DNA of 64,000 nt, taken from an uncultured Enterobacteriaceae bacterium (lineage in GTDB: Bacteria > Pseudomonadota > Gammaproteobacteria > Burkholderiales > SG8-39). Numbering within the stretch: position 1 is the first letter of the stretch; every line of letters begins with the position of its first letter. The notes below the pieces were generated by a model that did no database searches, was not told the origin of the DNA, and saw only the letters and a list, made by a program, of their open reading frames with translations. Shown one piece after another: positions 30,574-47,013 of the stretch. Where the stretch lies: positions 20,206 through 84,205 of the forward strand of contig CAYWSG010000005.1 in NCBI GenBank assembly GCA_964461055.1, written 5' to 3'. The position numbers were made by a program, and so were the translations under genes.

Positions 30574-31878
30574 TTACTTGTTGGCGGCCTGGAACTGGCG
30601 AAGGATCTCGTTGCCGCGCCGGACGGCGTCGTCGAGCGCCTGCTTCGCATCCTTGCGGCCGGCGATCGCGGCTTCGAGCTCCTCCTCGATCACCGTGCGG
30701 CCCTGCACGAAATTGCCGAAGCGCAAGCCGCGCGAATTCCGGGTCGGCTCCTTGTTCGTGAGCTGCCGCACCGCCATGTCGCGGCCCGGGTTCTGGTCAT
30801 AGAAGCCCGACTTGCGCGTCATCTCGTAGGCGGCCTTCGTGATCGGCACGTAGCCGGTCCTCTTGTGCCATTCCATCTGGATCTCGGGCCGGGAGAGGAA
30901 CGCCATGAACTTGGCCACGCCCTTGTATTCCTGCGCCGTGCGCCCGCTCATGACCCAGAGCGACGCCCCCCCGATGATCGAGTTCTGCGGCGCCCCCTTG
31001 ACGTCGTCATGATAGGGGAGGAAGCCGATCTCCCAATCGGTCTTGCCGGCCTTGATGATGTTGCCCAGCGCGCCGGCGCTGATCGTCGCCATGGCGCACT
31101 CGCCGGCGGCGAACCGCGAATCGGCCTGGTTCGTGCGGCCCGCGTAGGTGAAGAGGCCCTTCTTCGCCATGTCGGCCAGCATCTTGACGTGCCGGACGTG
31201 CAGGGGGGAGTTGAAGGTGAACTGCGTGTCGAGGCCCTCCATGCCGTTCATCTTGGTGCCGATGGGCACGTTGTGCCAGGCGCTGAAGTTCTCGATGTGC
31301 ACCCACGAGGGCCAGCCCGTGGTGTAGACGCACTCCTGGCCCGCCGCCTTCAGCTTTTCCGCCACCGCGATCAGCTCTTTCCAGGTTTTCGGCGGCACGG
31401 GATTCACGCCCGCCGCCTTGAACTTGTTGCGGTCGATGTAGAAGAGCGCGGTCGAGCTGTTGAAGGGCAGCGACAGCATGTTGCCCTTCGGGTCGCTGTA
31501 GTAGCCGGTCACGGTCGGGAGGTAGGCCTTGGGATCGAACGGCTCGCCGGCTTCCTTCATGAGCTGGTAGACCGGCTTGACGGCGCCTTTCGCGTTCATC
31601 ATGGTCGCCGTTCCGACCTCGAACACCTGCAGGATGTGCGGGGCCTGGCCGGCGCGGAAGGCGGCGATCGCGGCGGTCATCGATTCCGGATACGATCCCT
31701 TGTAGGAAGTGACCACCCGGTAGTCCTTCTGATCGGCATTGAACTTGTTCGCCAGGTCGTTCAGCGCCTCGCCGAGCGCCCCGCCCATCGAATGCCACCA
31801 TTGAATCTCGGTCTGCGCATGCGCCGTGCCGACCATCATTGCCGCGCCGACGGCCAGCGCGATCGTCCTCTTCAACAT
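30574..31878 (-). CDS. ugpB: sn-glycerol-3-phosphate-binding periplasmic protein
   Basis: Signal peptide AHA-Q; WWHSMGG, YKGSYPESM, QVFEVGTATMM, GWPSWVHIENFSAWH, NSIIGGASLWV. Start taken at ATG 31878. Confidence 0.9.
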   Translation of the reverse strand: MLKRTIALAVGAAMMVGTAHAQTEIQWWHSMGGALGEALNDLANKFNADQKDYRVVTSYKGSYPESMTAAIAAFRAGQAPHILQVFEVGTATMMNAKGAVKPVYQLMKEAGEPFDPKAYLPTVTGYYSDPKGNMLSLPFNSSTALFYIDRNKFKAAGVNPVPPKTWKELIAVAEKLKAAGQECVYTTGWPSWVHIENFSAWHNVPIGTKMNGMEGLDTQFTFNSPLHVRHVKMLADMAKKGLFTYAGRTNQADSRFAAGECAMATISAGALGNIIKAGKTDWEIGFLPYHDDVKGAPQNSIIGGASLWVMSGRTAQEYKGVAKFMAFLSRPEIQMEWHKRTGYVPITKAAYEMTRKSGFYDQNPGRDMAVRQLTNKEPTRNSRGLRFGNFVQGRTVIEEELEAAIAGRKDAKQALDDAVRRGNEILRQFQAANK

Positions 31879-31934
31879 TGCACCCCCTCCAAGAAAATGA
31901 GCGTACGAAATCGGCCTACGAGAGGCCGCCAAGA

Positions 31935-33752
31935 TTATTCCACTGTGACCGACTTCGCCAGATTACGCGGCTTGTCCACGTCCGTCCCCCGGGCGAGAGC
32001 CGTGTGATAGGCGAGAAGCTGCAGGGGCACCACGTGCAGGATGGGCGAGAGCGGCCCATAGTGCTCCGGCAGCCGGATGACGTGCAGGGCCGGCCCGGGA
32101 GCGATCCGGCTCCCCGCGTCGGTGAAAACATACAGCTCTCCGCCCCGCGCACGCACCTCCTGCATGTTCGACTGCAGCTTCTCCAGAAGGGCGTCGTTCG
32201 GCGCCACGGTAACGACCGGCATTTCGCTCGTCACCAGGGCGAGCGGGCCGTGCTTGAGCTCGCCGGCCGGGTAGGCCTCGGCGTGGATATACGAGATCTC
32301 CTTCAGCTTGAGAGCCCCCTCCAGGGCGATCGGGTAGTGCAACCCCCGGCCGAGGAAAAGCGCATGCTCCTTGCGGGCGAACCGCTCCGACCAGGCGATC
32401 ACCTGGGGCTCCAGGGCGAGAACGGCGCCGAGCGCGGTCGGGAGGTGGCGCAGACTTCTAAGGTGCGCCGCTTCTTCGGACTCCCCCAGCCGCCCGCGCA
32501 GCTTGCCGAGCGTCAGGGCAAGCAGGAAGAGGCCCGTGAGCTGGGTGGTGAACGCCTTCGTCGAGGCGACGCCCACCTCCACGCCGGCGCGGGTCAGGTA
32601 CTGAAGCCTCGTGAGCCGCATCATCGCGCTCGTCGGCACGTTGCAGACGGCGAGGGTCGCCTGGTGGCCCAGCGCCTGCGCGTGCTTCAGGGCCGCGAGC
32701 GTGTCGGCCGTCTCGCCGGACTGCGAGACCACGACGACCAGCGCCTGCGGATCCGGAATGCCGTCCCTGTAACGGTACTCGCTCGCGATTTCGACCTGGC
32801 ATGGCAGGCGCGCGATGCTTTCGATCCAGTTGCGGGCGACGAGCCCGGAGTAGAAGCTCGTGCCGCAGGCCAGAATGAGGACCGATCGCACGCGCCCGAG
32901 CACCTCGCCCTCGGGGTCGCCGAAGAGCGCGGGGGATATGGAGCTCACGCCCTCCAGCGTGTCGGACACCGCCCGCGGCTGCTCGAAAATCTCCTTCTGC
33001 ATGTAATGGCGGTAGGGGCCGAGCTCTGCGTCCGCACCCGCCGCCTTGACCACGCGGATTTCGCGCACGGCGCGCTGGCCGTTCGCCTCGAAGACCTTCC
33101 AGCCGCCGCGCTCGATGCTCACCACATCGCCTTCCTCCAGGAACACGATGCGGTCTGTCGCGCCGACGAGCGCGAGCGCATCGGAAGCGAGGAACGACTC
33201 CCCCTCGCCGAGCCCGACGACGAGCGGACTGCCGGCCCTGGCGCCGACCACCTTGCCCGGCTCGCCCTTCGCCGCCACGGCGATCGCGAAGGCGCCGCGC
33301 AAACGCCGCACCGCGGCCTGCACTGCGGCAAGCAGGTCGCCCGCGTAGAGGCTGTGCACCAGATGGGCGATGACCTCCGTGTCCGTCTGGCCTTCGAAGC
33401 GGTATCCGGCCTGCTCGAGCTCGGCGCGCAGCTCGTCGTGGTTCTCGATGATGCCGTTGTGCACCAGAGCGATCTCGCCGCGCGACACGATCGGATGCGC
33501 GTTCTCCGTCGCCGGCGCCCCATGGGTAGCCCAGCGCGTGTGCGCGATGCCGGTGACGCCCTCGAGCGCCCCGGCCCCGACGCGCTCGGCGAGGCTCGAA
33601 ACCCGTGCGACGCTCACCACGCGCTCGATTCCCCCGGGGCCCACTACCGCAACGCCACAGGAGTCGTAGCCTCTGTACTCCAGGCGGCGCAGGCCCTCCA
33701 CGAGCACCGGAACGATGTTCCGTCCGGCCACGGCCCCGACGATTCCACACAC
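31935..33752 (-). CDS. glmS: Glutamine-fructose-6-phosphate aminotransferase
   Basis: [52 protein letters not shown]. Confidence 0.97.
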   Translation of the reverse strand: MCGIVGAVAGRNIVPVLVEGLRRLEYRGYDSCGVAVVGPGGIERVVSVARVSSLAERVGAGALEGVTGIAHTRWATHGAPATENAHPIVSRGEIALVHNGIIENHDELRAELEQAGYRFEGQTDTEVIAHLVHSLYAGDLLAAVQAAVRRLRGAFAIAVAAKGEPGKVVGARAGSPLVVGLGEGESFLASDALALVGATDRIVFLEEGDVVSIERGGWKVFEANGQRAVREIRVVKAAGADAELGPYRHYMQKEIFEQPRAVSDTLEGVSSISPALFGDPEGEVLGRVRSVLILACGTSFYSGLVARNWIESIARLPCQVEIASEYRYRDGIPDPQALVVVVSQSGETADTLAALKHAQALGHQATLAVCNVPTSAMMRLTRLQYLTRAGVEVGVASTKAFTTQLTGLFLLALTLGKLRGRLGESEEAAHLRSLRHLPTALGAVLALEPQVIAWSERFARKEHALFLGRGLHYPIALEGALKLKEISYIHAEAYPAGELKHGPLALVTSEMPVVTVAPNDALLEKLQSNMQEVRARGGELYVFTDAGSRIAPGPALHVIRLPEHYGPLSPILHVVPLQLLAYHTALARGTDVDKPRNLAKSVTVE

Positions 33753-33756
33753 GGGC

Positions 33757-35127
33757 TCAGTCCTTTTTCTTCCTGGCGGGCGGCTTCCACCCGGGCACGG
33801 ATATCTGCTTCGCGCGGGCCAGGGTCAGCTGCCCGGGTGGCGTATCCTTGCTGATCGTCGAGCCGGCGCCGATGTACGAGCCACGCGCAATGCGGACCGG
33901 TGCGACGAGCGTCGCGTCCGATCCGATGAAGCATTCGTCCTCGATTACGGTGCGATGCTTGGCCGCGCCGTCGTAGTTGCACGTGATCGTCCCGGCCCCG
34001 ATGTTCACGCGAGCGCCCACCTCGGAATCGCCGACATAGGCGAGATGGTTCGCCTTGGAGCCGGCCCCGAAACGGCTCGCCTTGACCTCGACGAAGTTGC
34101 CGATGTGGACGCTTTCGCCGAGCTGGGCGCCAGGACGTAAGCGTGCATAAGGGCCAAGCCGGCAGTTGGCGCCCACTTCAGCGTCTTCCAGCTGGCAAAA
34201 GGCGTTCACTTCAGTGCCGTCGCCCAGCGTGACATTGCGAAGCACGCAGTTCGGTCCGATGCGCACCCGATCGCCGATCCGCACGCTGCCCTCGAAGACG
34301 CAGTTGACGTCGATGGAGACGTCGCGCCCGCAGGCCAGCTCCCCACGGACGTCGATCCGCTCCGGATCGGCGAGGGTTACCCCGTTGTCGAGGAGGCGGC
34401 GGGCTGTCCGGCGCTGCATGGCGCGCTCGAGGGCGGCCAGCTCGGCCTTGGAATTGACGCCGGCGACCTCCCCGGAATCGGTGACCCGGACGGCGTGCAC
34501 CGGCACCCCTTCGGCCGCCGCGAGCTTTACGATGTCGGTGAGGTAGTACTCACCTTGAGCATTGTCATTTCCAATGCGTGACAGCCAGGCTCCGAGGCGT
34601 GCCGCCTTGAGCGCGAAGAAACCTGCGTTGACTTCGCCGATGGCCCGCTCGTCGTCCGAGGCGTCCTTCTCCTCGACGATGCGCGCCACGCCGCCCGACG
34701 CGTCGCGGACGATGCGACCGTAGCCTGCGGGCTCCGAAACTACGGCGGTCAAGAGGGCGACGCCGTCCCGCGAGGTTTCTCGGAGCCGCTCGAGGGTCTG
34801 CCTGGACACCAGCGGAACGTCCCCGTAGAGGACGAGCACGTCGGCATCGCGGTCGAGGTGCGGCACAGCCTGCAGGACCGCGTGGCCAGTGCCCAGACGC
34901 TCCGCCTGGTGGATCCACTCGAGGTCCGTCTCGCCGGCAAAGGCGGCGCGCACCTGCTCCGCGCCATGGCCATAGACCACGAAGATCCGCCGGGGGGAGA
35001 GGCTCCGCGCCGTCTCGAGGACGTGGGCAAGGAGCGGCCTGCCGGCAAGCGGCTGAAGCACCTTGGGCAGGTCCGAGCGCATGCGCTTGCCCGCGCCCGC
35101 CGCGAGGACGACTACGTCGAGGGACAT
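33757..35127 (-). CDS. glmU: Bifunctional UDP-GlcNAc pyrophosphorylase / acetyltransferase
   Basis: [36 protein letters not shown], hexapeptide repeats, NYDG. Confidence 0.97.
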   Translation of the reverse strand: MSLDVVVLAAGAGKRMRSDLPKVLQPLAGRPLLAHVLETARSLSPRRIFVVYGHGAEQVRAAFAGETDLEWIHQAERLGTGHAVLQAVPHLDRDADVLVLYGDVPLVSRQTLERLRETSRDGVALLTAVVSEPAGYGRIVRDASGGVARIVEEKDASDDERAIGEVNAGFFALKAARLGAWLSRIGNDNAQGEYYLTDIVKLAAAEGVPVHAVRVTDSGEVAGVNSKAELAALERAMQRRTARRLLDNGVTLADPERIDVRGELACGRDVSIDVNCVFEGSVRIGDRVRIGPNCVLRNVTLGDGTEVNAFCQLEDAEVGANCRLGPYARLRPGAQLGESVHIGNFVEVKASRFGAGSKANHLAYVGDSEVGARVNIGAGTITCNYDGAAKHRTVIEDECFIGSDATLVAPVRIARGSYIGAGSTISKDTPPGQLTLARAKQISVPGWKPPARKKKD

Positions 35128-35193
35128 TGCGGCGCGATTCTAGCCTGCCTGCACCGATTCCCCGGACCGCGGGCGTGAGAGGCCCGGAGTGCT

Positions 35194-36656
35194 TCAGCGA
35201 GGAAGCTCGGAGCTCCCCATCAGGAACTCGTCGACCGCGCGCGCGCATTGCCGGCCTTCGCGGATCGCCCATACGACGAGCGACTGGCCCCGACGCATGT
35301 CGCCGGCGGCAAACACCTTCGGCACCGACGTGGCATAGGCCGCGGCGCCTTCCGTTGCGGCTTTCGCGTTGCCACGCGGGTCTTTCTCGATGCCGAACTC
35401 GTCCAGGAGGGACTGCATCGGCGAGACGAAGCCCATGGCGAGCAGCACGAGGTCCGCGGGGATCTCGAACTCGCTGCCGGCGATCTCGGCGGGCTTGCCG
35501 TCCTTCCACTCGAGCCGCACCGCCTTGATGGCCTTCACGCGCCCGCCTTCGCCGAGGAACGCCTTGGAGGCCACGGCCCAGTCGCGCGTGACGCCTTCCT
35601 CATGCGAGCTCGAGGTCCGAAGCCGCACCGGCCAGTATGGCCATACGGGGTTGCGTTCGACGTCGGGCGGCATGGGCAGAAGCTCGAGCTGCGTGACCGA
35701 TCGCGCGCCATGGCGGTTGGCGGTGCCCACGCAGTCCGACCCCGTATCGCCACCCCCGATTACCACGACATGCCGGTCGGTCGCCCAGAGATCGGGCACG
35801 CCTGCGTCCCCGGCCACACGCTTGTTCTGCAGCGGCAGGAACTCCATCGCGAAGTGCACGCCGTCGAGCTCGCGTCCCGGGATCGGCAGGTCGCGCGGCT
35901 GCTCGGCGCCGCCGGCGAGGACGACCGCGTCGAATCTCGCAAGCACATCGGCGGCGGCATGGTTCGTGCGCGCGTCGTTGCCAATACCCGGGCCCGGCCA
36001 CTGCGTGCCGATCAGCACGCCCGGGCGGAACTTCACGCCCTCCTCCCGCATCTGCTCCAGGCGCCTGTCGATGTTGCTCTTCTCGAGCTTGAAATCGGGG
36101 ATGCCATAGCGCAGGAGCCCGCCTATGCGATCGCTCTTGTCGAACACCGTAACGTCGTGCCCGGCGCGCGCGAGCTGCTGCGCGCAGGCGAGCCCCGCGG
36201 GCCCGGAGCCGACGATCGCAACCTTCTTGCCGGTACGGTGCGCGGCGGGCTGGGGCTGGACCCATCCCGCTTCCCAGGCCTTGTCGATGATGGCGTGCTC
36301 AATCGACTTGATGCCTACGGGGTCGCTGTTGATGCGCAGGACGCACGCTTCCTCGCACGGCGCGGGGCATACCCGGCCGGTGAACTCCGGGAAGTTGTTC
36401 GTCGAGTGCAGCACCTCGATCGCCCGCTTCCAGTCCTGGCGAAAGACGAGGTCGTTCCAGTCGGGAATGATGTTGTTCACCGGGCAACCCGACATGCAGA
36501 ACGGAATGCCGCAGTCCATGCACCGCGCCCCTTGCTTGCCTGCGGCGGCGTCGTCCAGGCGAATGACGAACTCGCGGTAGTGCTTCTTCCGCGCTTCGGC
36601 CGGCTCGTGCGCCTCCTCCAGGCGTGCGTACTCGAGGAACCCCGTGATCTTCCCCA

Positions 36657-36657
<1 letters not shown>
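35194..36657 (-). CDS. gltD: Glutamate synthase small subunit
   Basis: [69 protein letters not shown] overlap with gltB. Confidence 0.96.
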
Positions 36658-41294
<4,637 letters not shown>

Positions 41295-41435
41295 GAGGGG
41301 AAACCCCAATTCTGATATTGCCGCTTTGCACAAAATGGCGGCGGAACTTCTGAATATACCTTTGCCGCCCCCTCGGTCACAAGAAAAAATCCAGCCCGGG
41401 CGGAGGTGCCGGGGGACGAGCGGGCGCGCTGACGT

Positions 41436-42524
41436 TCAGGCGCCCGGAGAGCCGGACCGCACCGCTTCGTCGACCAGTCTTGCGTCTATGCCGCCCCGGA
41501 GGGACGAGATCCCCAGGCCTTCCAGAACGACGAAGCGAAGCCGGCCCTGCTCGGCCTTCTTGTCGGTCGCCATGTGCTCGCGCAACCGCTCGGCGGCTAT
41601 GGCCGGGCCGGTCACCGGAAGGCCCGCGCGCCGGACCAGCTCCGTCAGCCGGGCGACCTCCTCCGCGCCGAGAAGGCCGAGGCGACGCGAGAGCTCGGCC
41701 GCCATCACCATGCCGGCGGCGACCGCCTCCCCGTGGAGCCAGGCGCCGTAGCCGGTGGCAGCCTCGATGGCGTGACCAAATGTGTGGCCGAAATTGAGCA
41801 GCGCACGCCGGCCGCTCTCGCGCTCGTCCGCGGCCACGACCTCGGCCTTCAGCTCGCAGCAGCGGCGGATCGCCTGGGCGAGCGCCTCGCCGTCGCGCCT
41901 GCCCAGGCGCTCGATGTGCTCCTCCAGCCAGTCGAAGAACGCCCGATCGAGCGCCGCGGCGTGCTTGATGACTTCCGCGAGCCCGGCGCGCAGCTCGCGG
42001 TCCGGCAAGGTATCCAGCGTCGACACGTCGGAGACCACGGCGAGCGGCTGGTGGAACGCGCCGATCATGTTCTTGCCGCGCGCGTGGTTGATGGCCGTCT
42101 TGCCGCCCACCGAGGAGTCCACCTGCGCGAGCAGCGTGGTCGGTACCTGCACGAACGGCACGCCGCGCTGGTACACCGCCGCGACGAAGCCTGCGAGATC
42201 GCCCACCACGCCGCCCCCGAGGGCGATGACGAGTCCATCGCGCCCCAGACGGGCGGCGAGCAGCGCGTCGCACACCTGGTCGACACTCTGCCAGCGCTTC
42301 GCCTGCTCGCCGTCCTCGACGAGGACCGGCACGACGCGTGCGCCCGCGCGCTCGAGCGTCGCACTCACCCGGGCGAGGTACAGCGGCCCGACCACCGAGT
42401 TCGAGACGATGGCGATGGAGCGCCCGGCAAGGCCCTCGCCGTAGAGCTCGGCGCGCTCGAGCAGGCCCGCCCCTATATGGATCGGATAGGCGCGGCTGCC
42501 GAGCTCTACGCGGAGTGTCTGCAT
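41436..42524 (-). CDS. aroB: 3-dehydroquinate synthase
   Basis: [50 protein letters not shown]. Confidence 0.96.
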   Translation of the reverse strand: MQTLRVELGSRAYPIHIGAGLLERAELYGEGLAGRSIAIVSNSVVGPLYLARVSATLERAGARVVPVLVEDGEQAKRWQSVDQVCDALLAARLGRDGLVIALGGGVVGDLAGFVAAVYQRGVPFVQVPTTLLAQVDSSVGGKTAINHARGKNMIGAFHQPLAVVSDVSTLDTLPDRELRAGLAEVIKHAAALDRAFFDWLEEHIERLGRRDGEALAQAIRRCCELKAEVVAADERESGRRALLNFGHTFGHAIEAATGYGAWLHGEAVAAGMVMAAELSRRLGLLGAEEVARLTELVRRAGLPVTGPAIAAERLREHMATDKKAEQGRLRFVVLEGLGISSLRGGIDARLVDEAVRSGSPGA

Positions 42525-43039
42525 CGTTCCTCAAGCTTCGCAAGCACGGCTTGCGCGAGCGCCTGCACAGTCTGCGAGCCCGTATCGATGGTGATGTCGG
42601 CGATCTCCCGGTAGAGCGGGTCGCGCTCGACATAGAGCTCGCGCAGCCGCCTTAGCGGGTCGGGCGTCGCGAGAAGCGGTCGGTTGCGGTCGTGGCGCAC
42701 GCGGCGGTAGAGGTCTTCGGGCCTCGCCCGCAGGTAGACAACCGTGCCCGTATCCGCGAGTCGTCGCCGATTCTCCGCCCGGAGCACGCTTCCGCCGCCG
42801 GTCGCGACCACGATGTCGGAGAGCCCCGTCAGCTCGCTGATCACCTGCTCTTCCCTGGCACGGAAACCCTCTTCGCCTTCGAGCTCGAAGATCACCGGAA
42901 CGCGGACGCCGCAGCGCGCCTCGATTTCATGATCGGAGTCGAGGAAGCGCAGCCGCAGCCGCCTTGCGAGGAGGCGGCCGATGGTCGTCTTTCCCGCCCC
43001 CATCATGCCCACCATGTATACGTTCCGGACGCCCGTCAT
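42506..43039 (-). CDS. aroK: Shikimate kinase
   Basis: [36 protein letters not shown]. Confidence 0.96.
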   Translation of the reverse strand: MTGVRNVYMVGMMGAGKTTIGRLLARRLRLRFLDSDHEIEARCGVRVPVIFELEGEEGFRAREEQVISELTGLSDIVVATGGGSVLRAENRRRLADTGTVVYLRARPEDLYRRVRHDRNRPLLATPDPLRRLRELYVERDPLYREIADITIDTGSQTVQALAQAVLAKLEERCRHSA

Positions 43040-43051
43040 GGGCGCATTGTA

Positions 43052-43081
43052 GAAACAAAAACGGCCGGGTTTGCCGGCCGT
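43052..43081 (-). terminator. Intrinsic terminator after pilQ
   Basis: Minus strand ACGGCCGG-CAAAC-CCGGCCGT followed by TTTTGTTTC. Confidence 0.75.
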
Positions 43082-43118
43082 CTGTCGCCGCCCCGCGCAG
43101 GGGGCGATCGGCGGGGGA

Positions 43119-45221
43119 TCAGCGCAGATTCAGGCGCTCGTTCACGATCCGCGGCGTGATGAAGACGAGCAGCTCGGTCTTGTTGCTCGTCGTGGTCTTG
43201 TTGCGGAAGAGCGCGCCAAGCCCCGGGAGGTCGCCGAGGAACGGGATCTTGGTGATGTCGGTCCGGTCGGCCTGCTCATAGATGCCGCCGATCACGACCG
43301 TGCCCCCGTTCTCCACCAGCACCTCGGTCTTGACGTGCTTGGTGTTGATCTGGACGCCGGCGGGCGTCAGCGCCCCGGGCTGGTCCTTGTTCACGTCGAG
43401 GGTCATGATGATGTTGCCGTCGGGCGTGATCTGCGGCTTGACCTTCAGGGCGAGGTTCGCCTTGCGGAAGGACACGCTCGTTGCTCCCGAGGATGTGGCC
43501 TGCTGGTAGGGAATCTCCGTCCCCTGCTCGATGACGGCCTCCACCTGGTCGGCCGTCAGCACGCGGGGGCTCGCGATGATCTTGCCCTTCCCGTCCGCCT
43601 CGAGTGCCGAGATCTCGATGTTCAGGAGCCGCGTCAGGCTGCTGTTGAAGAGGATGAACGAGAACTGGCCGGCATTGAACGAGTTGAGGCCCGCCGCAGG
43701 GAGGTTCGCGTTGAGGCCGCCCGCGTCGGTCGTGGGCGTGCCTTCCGTGATGCCGGCGGCCTGGCTCGTGTTGACGATCTCGGCGCCGATGTTCATCCCG
43801 ACGCCAGCCCGGCTGCCGAACGGCGCGCGGTTCGAGGGCCCGAGCTCCATCAGGCCGATGCGGGCGCCGAGGTTCTTGCTGAAGGTGTCGTTCGCCTCGA
43901 CGATGCGCGCCTCGATCATCACCTGGCGAACCGGAATGTCGATCTTGGCGATGAGCTTGCGCACCTCTTCCAGCCGGCTCGGCGTGTCCTGCACGAACAG
44001 CGTATTGGTGCGCGCGTCGACCACCGCGCTGCCGCGCTTGGAGAGGATGCGCTGCGCCGGATCCGAGAGCAGCTTCTGGATGTCCGCCGCCTTCTGGTAG
44101 TTAATCTGGAACGACTCGGTGTGCGTCTGCTCGAGGTCGTTGATCTGCTGCTGCGCCTCGAGCGCCAGCTTCTCCCGCGTGGCGAGCTCGTCGCGCGGGG
44201 CGATCCAGATGACGTTCCCGCTGCGGCGGCTGTCGAGGCCGCGCGTCTGCAGGATGATGTCGAGGGCCTGGTCCCACGGCACGTCCTTCAGGCGCAGGGT
44301 AATGCTTCCGCCGACGGTGTCGCTCGTGATGATGTTGAGGTCGGTGAAGTCCGCGATGACGTTGAGGACCGCGCGCACCTCGACGTTCTGGAAGTTGAGC
44401 GACAGCTTCTCGCCCGTGTACCGCCCGCGCGCGCGCGCCGTGTCGGCCTGCACCGGCTTCACTTCGATGACGAACTGGGTGTCGGACTGGTAGGCGGTGT
44501 GCTCCCACTGGCCCTTCGGCTCGATGACCATGCGCACGTTGTCGCCCTGCTGGTAGGCGCTCACGATGTCGACCGGGGTGGCGAAGTCCGTGACGTCGAG
44601 CCGCCGCCGCAGGTTGTCCGGAAGCGTGGTCTTGAGGAACTCGACGATGATGTTCTGGCCCTGCTGCCGGATGTCGATTCCGGTGCTCGTGTCGGACAGG
44701 TCGACGACGACGCGGCCCTCGCCCCCGCTGCCGCGGCGGAAGTCGATGTCGCGCACGGCGTGCTTGCCCTGCGCGCCGCCTTGGGCGAACTGCTCCACCT
44801 TCCCGGGGCCCGCCGCCTGCGCCGCGACCGGCGCGGAGAGGCTGATGACCACGGTGTTGCCCTCGATGCTCGCCTCGTGCGCCACCGGCCGGCGCAAATT
44901 GAGCACCAGGCGGGTGCGGTCGGTGCCCTGCACGACGTTCATGCTGCGCAGCTCGCCCTGGCCGATGTCCTGGCTCGAGCGACCCAGCGCGTTCACGGTA
45001 TTGGGGAAGTCGAAGGCAATGCGCGCGGGATTGGTCACCGCGAAATTCGCCGGCACGCTCGCGAGCGGCTCTTTGGTCGTCACCCGCACGAGCACCTTGT
45101 CCCCCTGCTGCACGACGTCGAAGCCGTCGATGCTGTTCGCCTGCGCGAGCGCGGCGCCCAGTCCGGCGAGCCAGACGGTGAGCCCCAGAAAGGCGGCGCG
45201 GAAAGCTGCGTTCTTGTTCAT
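43119..45221 (-). CDS. pilQ: Type IV pilus secretin
   Basis: AMIN domains; [62 protein letters not shown]. Start taken at ATG 45221. Confidence 0.95.
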   Translation of the reverse strand: MNKNAAFRAAFLGLTVWLAGLGAALAQANSIDGFDVVQQGDKVLVRVTTKEPLASVPANFAVTNPARIAFDFPNTVNALGRSSQDIGQGELRSMNVVQGTDRTRLVLNLRRPVAHEASIEGNTVVISLSAPVAAQAAGPGKVEQFAQGGAQGKHAVRDIDFRRGSGGEGRVVVDLSDTSTGIDIRQQGQNIIVEFLKTTLPDNLRRRLDVTDFATPVDIVSAYQQGDNVRMVIEPKGQWEHTAYQSDTQFVIEVKPVQADTARARGRYTGEKLSLNFQNVEVRAVLNVIADFTDLNIITSDTVGGSITLRLKDVPWDQALDIILQTRGLDSRRSGNVIWIAPRDELATREKLALEAQQQINDLEQTHTESFQINYQKAADIQKLLSDPAQRILSKRGSAVVDARTNTLFVQDTPSRLEEVRKLIAKIDIPVRQVMIEARIVEANDTFSKNLGARIGLMELGPSNRAPFGSRAGVGMNIGAEIVNTSQAAGITEGTPTTDAGGLNANLPAAGLNSFNAGQFSFILFNSSLTRLLNIEISALEADGKGKIIASPRVLTADQVEAVIEQGTEIPYQQATSSGATSVSFRKANLALKVKPQITPDGNIIMTLDVNKDQPGALTPAGVQINTKHVKTEVLVENGGTVVIGGIYEQADRTDITKIPFLGDLPGLGALFRNKTTTSNKTELLVFITPRIVNERLNLR

Positions 45222-45766
45222 CGTTTTGCCTCCACCAATTGCAGGGCGGTCGCGCGTTCCGTCCATTCGCCTCCCGCGTCCTGGACCAGCTCCTTCAGCT
45301 CGATCTGGACCTCGTCGATCGCCGTGATGACGCCGAAGTTCTGGCCCAGATAGTTCCCCTTGCGTACCCTGTAGAGATTCGGTCCCGCCTTCACCAGGGC
45401 GAACGTCTCCCGGTTCTGCGTGATCGTGCCCATCATCTGGATCGACTCGAGCGGGAATGCCTCGAGCGGCTCCTTGGGCCGGTTCGGATCCGGCGCGAGG
45501 GCGCTGCCCGCGCCGCCGACGCCGGACTTGGCGACGTCGATCCGCTCCGGCCGGAACGGATCGACTTCCGCCTCCGCCGTGTACTGGACCGCCTCGTAGG
45601 GCTTCACCTGCGGCAGCGGCTCGACCTTGCCCCGCACGTCCTTGGTGAGCTGCTCGAGCTCCTGCCGAAGATCGCCGTACTCGTCGCCCCCACACCCGGC
45701 GAGCATCGCGGCAAGCGCAAGCGCCGCCGCGGCGCCCCGGCACCTGCGCCCCGTACGCTGTTTCAT
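45218..45766 (-). CDS. pilP: Type IV pilus lipoprotein PilP
   Basis: Lipobox LAGC; DPFRP, KEPLEAFPLESIQMMGT, GNYLGQNFG. Confidence 0.93.
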   Translation of the reverse strand: MKQRTGRRCRGAAAALALAAMLAGCGGDEYGDLRQELEQLTKDVRGKVEPLPQVKPYEAVQYTAEAEVDPFRPERIDVAKSGVGGAGSALAPDPNRPKEPLEAFPLESIQMMGTITQNRETFALVKAGPNLYRVRKGNYLGQNFGVITAIDEVQIELKELVQDAGGEWTERATALQLVEAKR

Positions 45767-46416
45767 CGCCTCTTGCCCTTCTTCTTCGCTCTCTGCGCCT
45801 TGCGCTGCGCGGCGATCTCTTCCTCGTCGAGGTAGCGGAACGTCCGGGCAGTCGCGTTCATGGAAAGCACGCCGCCTTTGTCTGCCTTGATCGACACGTC
45901 GTTCAGCGTGACGATGCGCGAAAGCTGCCCGACGTCGCTCGCGAACGCGCCCATGTCGTGGTACGTGCCCACCACCCGCACGGTGATCGGCAGCTCGGCG
46001 TAGAAGTCGCGCATGAGCTCCGCGGGCGCCGGCTTGAAGAGCTCGAATTGCAGGCCGCGCCCGAGGCCGGCCTGGTTGATGTCGACGAGCAGGGCATCCA
46101 TCTGCGACTTGTTGGGGAGCTGGCGCAGCAGCGCGCCGAACTGCGTGTCGATCTCCCGCAGCTGCTGCCGGTGCAGGTCGAGGTTCACCGCCTGCTTCTT
46201 CTTGTCGACGTACTCCGCCTTGAGCTTCACTTCCTCCTGCATGCCGCGCTCGAGCTCGTCGATCTGGTCCTGCGTATCCAGGAAGAAGCCGGCCACCGGG
46301 ATGGCAACGAGGATGGCGAGCAGGACGAGCAGCTTGGGCGCGGCGTGCCAGGTGCCGGGGTCCTGCCAGTTGGTGCGCTTGAATTCCTCGACGAGCGCGT
46401 TCAGGTTGAGCGCCAT
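45763..46416 (-). CDS. pilO: Type IV pilus inner membrane protein PilO
   Basis: LLRQLPNKSQMDALLVDINQAGLGRGLQFELFKP, FYAELPI, SRIVTL. Confidence 0.94.
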   Translation of the reverse strand: MALNLNALVEEFKRTNWQDPGTWHAAPKLLVLLAILVAIPVAGFFLDTQDQIDELERGMQEEVKLKAEYVDKKKQAVNLDLHRQQLREIDTQFGALLRQLPNKSQMDALLVDINQAGLGRGLQFELFKPAPAELMRDFYAELPITVRVVGTYHDMGAFASDVGQLSRIVTLNDVSIKADKGGVLSMNATARTFRYLDEEEIAAQRKAQRAKKKGKRR

Positions 46417-46419
46417 GGC

Positions 46420-47013
46420 CTAGCCCTTCTTCGCCGGCGCCGGCTTGGCGGCGCCCTTTGCGTCCTTGGTGGCGGTTCGCTTGATCGAGAAGTTGAGGTT
46501 GAACTCGGAGATGCGGCGCTTGCCGACGTTCGCCGCCTTCACCTCGATGAGCACGGGATTCTCCAGCCAGGGCGAGGACTCGATGTTGCGCATGAGCGTG
46601 GAGACGCGCGCGTTCGACTGGGCGTAGCCGAGGACGTTTACCCGCAGGCCCTTCTGGGTGACCGACTTCAGGTAAACGCCTTCGGGCATCTGGCGCACCA
46701 TCTGGTCGAGCAGGTGCACCGTCTGCGCCCGGTCGGCCTGGAGCGTCTCGATGATCTGCTTGCGCGCGAGCAGCGCCTGGATCTCGTCGCGCAGCTTCTT
46801 GATCTCGGCGATGTCCTTGTCGAGCTTGACGATCTCGCTCTTGAGGAAGCGGTTGCGGTCGTCCTGCGTCTCGATCTTGGCCGCGTAGAAGCCGTGCATG
46901 AGCACCACCACCAGGGCGCCGACGATCGCCGTGCCGCCGGCGAGCACGTAGAAGTGCTGCCGGGCGCGCTTGCGCCTTTCCTCGCGGTGGGGAAGAAGGT
47001 TGATGCGGTTCAT
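46420..47013 (-). CDS. pilN: Type IV pilus inner membrane protein PilN
   Basis: MNRINLLPHREERR, GYAQSNARVSTLMRN. ATGA overlap with pilM. Confidence 0.94.
   Translation of the reverse strand: MNRINLLPHREERRKRARQHFYVLAGGTAIVGALVVVLMHGFYAAKIETQDDRNRFLKSEIVKLDKDIAEIKKLRDEIQALLARKQIIETLQADRAQTVHLLDQMVRQMPEGVYLKSVTQKGLRVNVLGYAQSNARVSTLMRNIESSPWLENPVLIEVKAANVGKRRISEFNLNFSIKRTATKDAKGAAKPAPAKKG

Noticed and set aside
31918-31941. GGAATAA upstream of ugpB as a third ECF promoter
   Set aside because: It is forced by the conserved GlmS ending (GTG GAA TAA, V-E-stop), and the -10 position reads GTAG rather than GTT.
31879-31970. Tn7 attachment site at the glmS 3' end
   Set aside because: No transposon ends or tns genes; ugpB follows after 56 bp, so the site looks empty.
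41327-41340. TGCACAAAATGGCG as an NtrC site upstream of gltB
   Set aside because: Spacing is off by one and the right half-site is poor; no sigma54 promoter seen nearby.
41376-41415. Terminator between aroB and gltB
   Set aside because: Only a 5-bp stem with a 9-nt loop, separated from the U-run by 5 nt; too weak to call.
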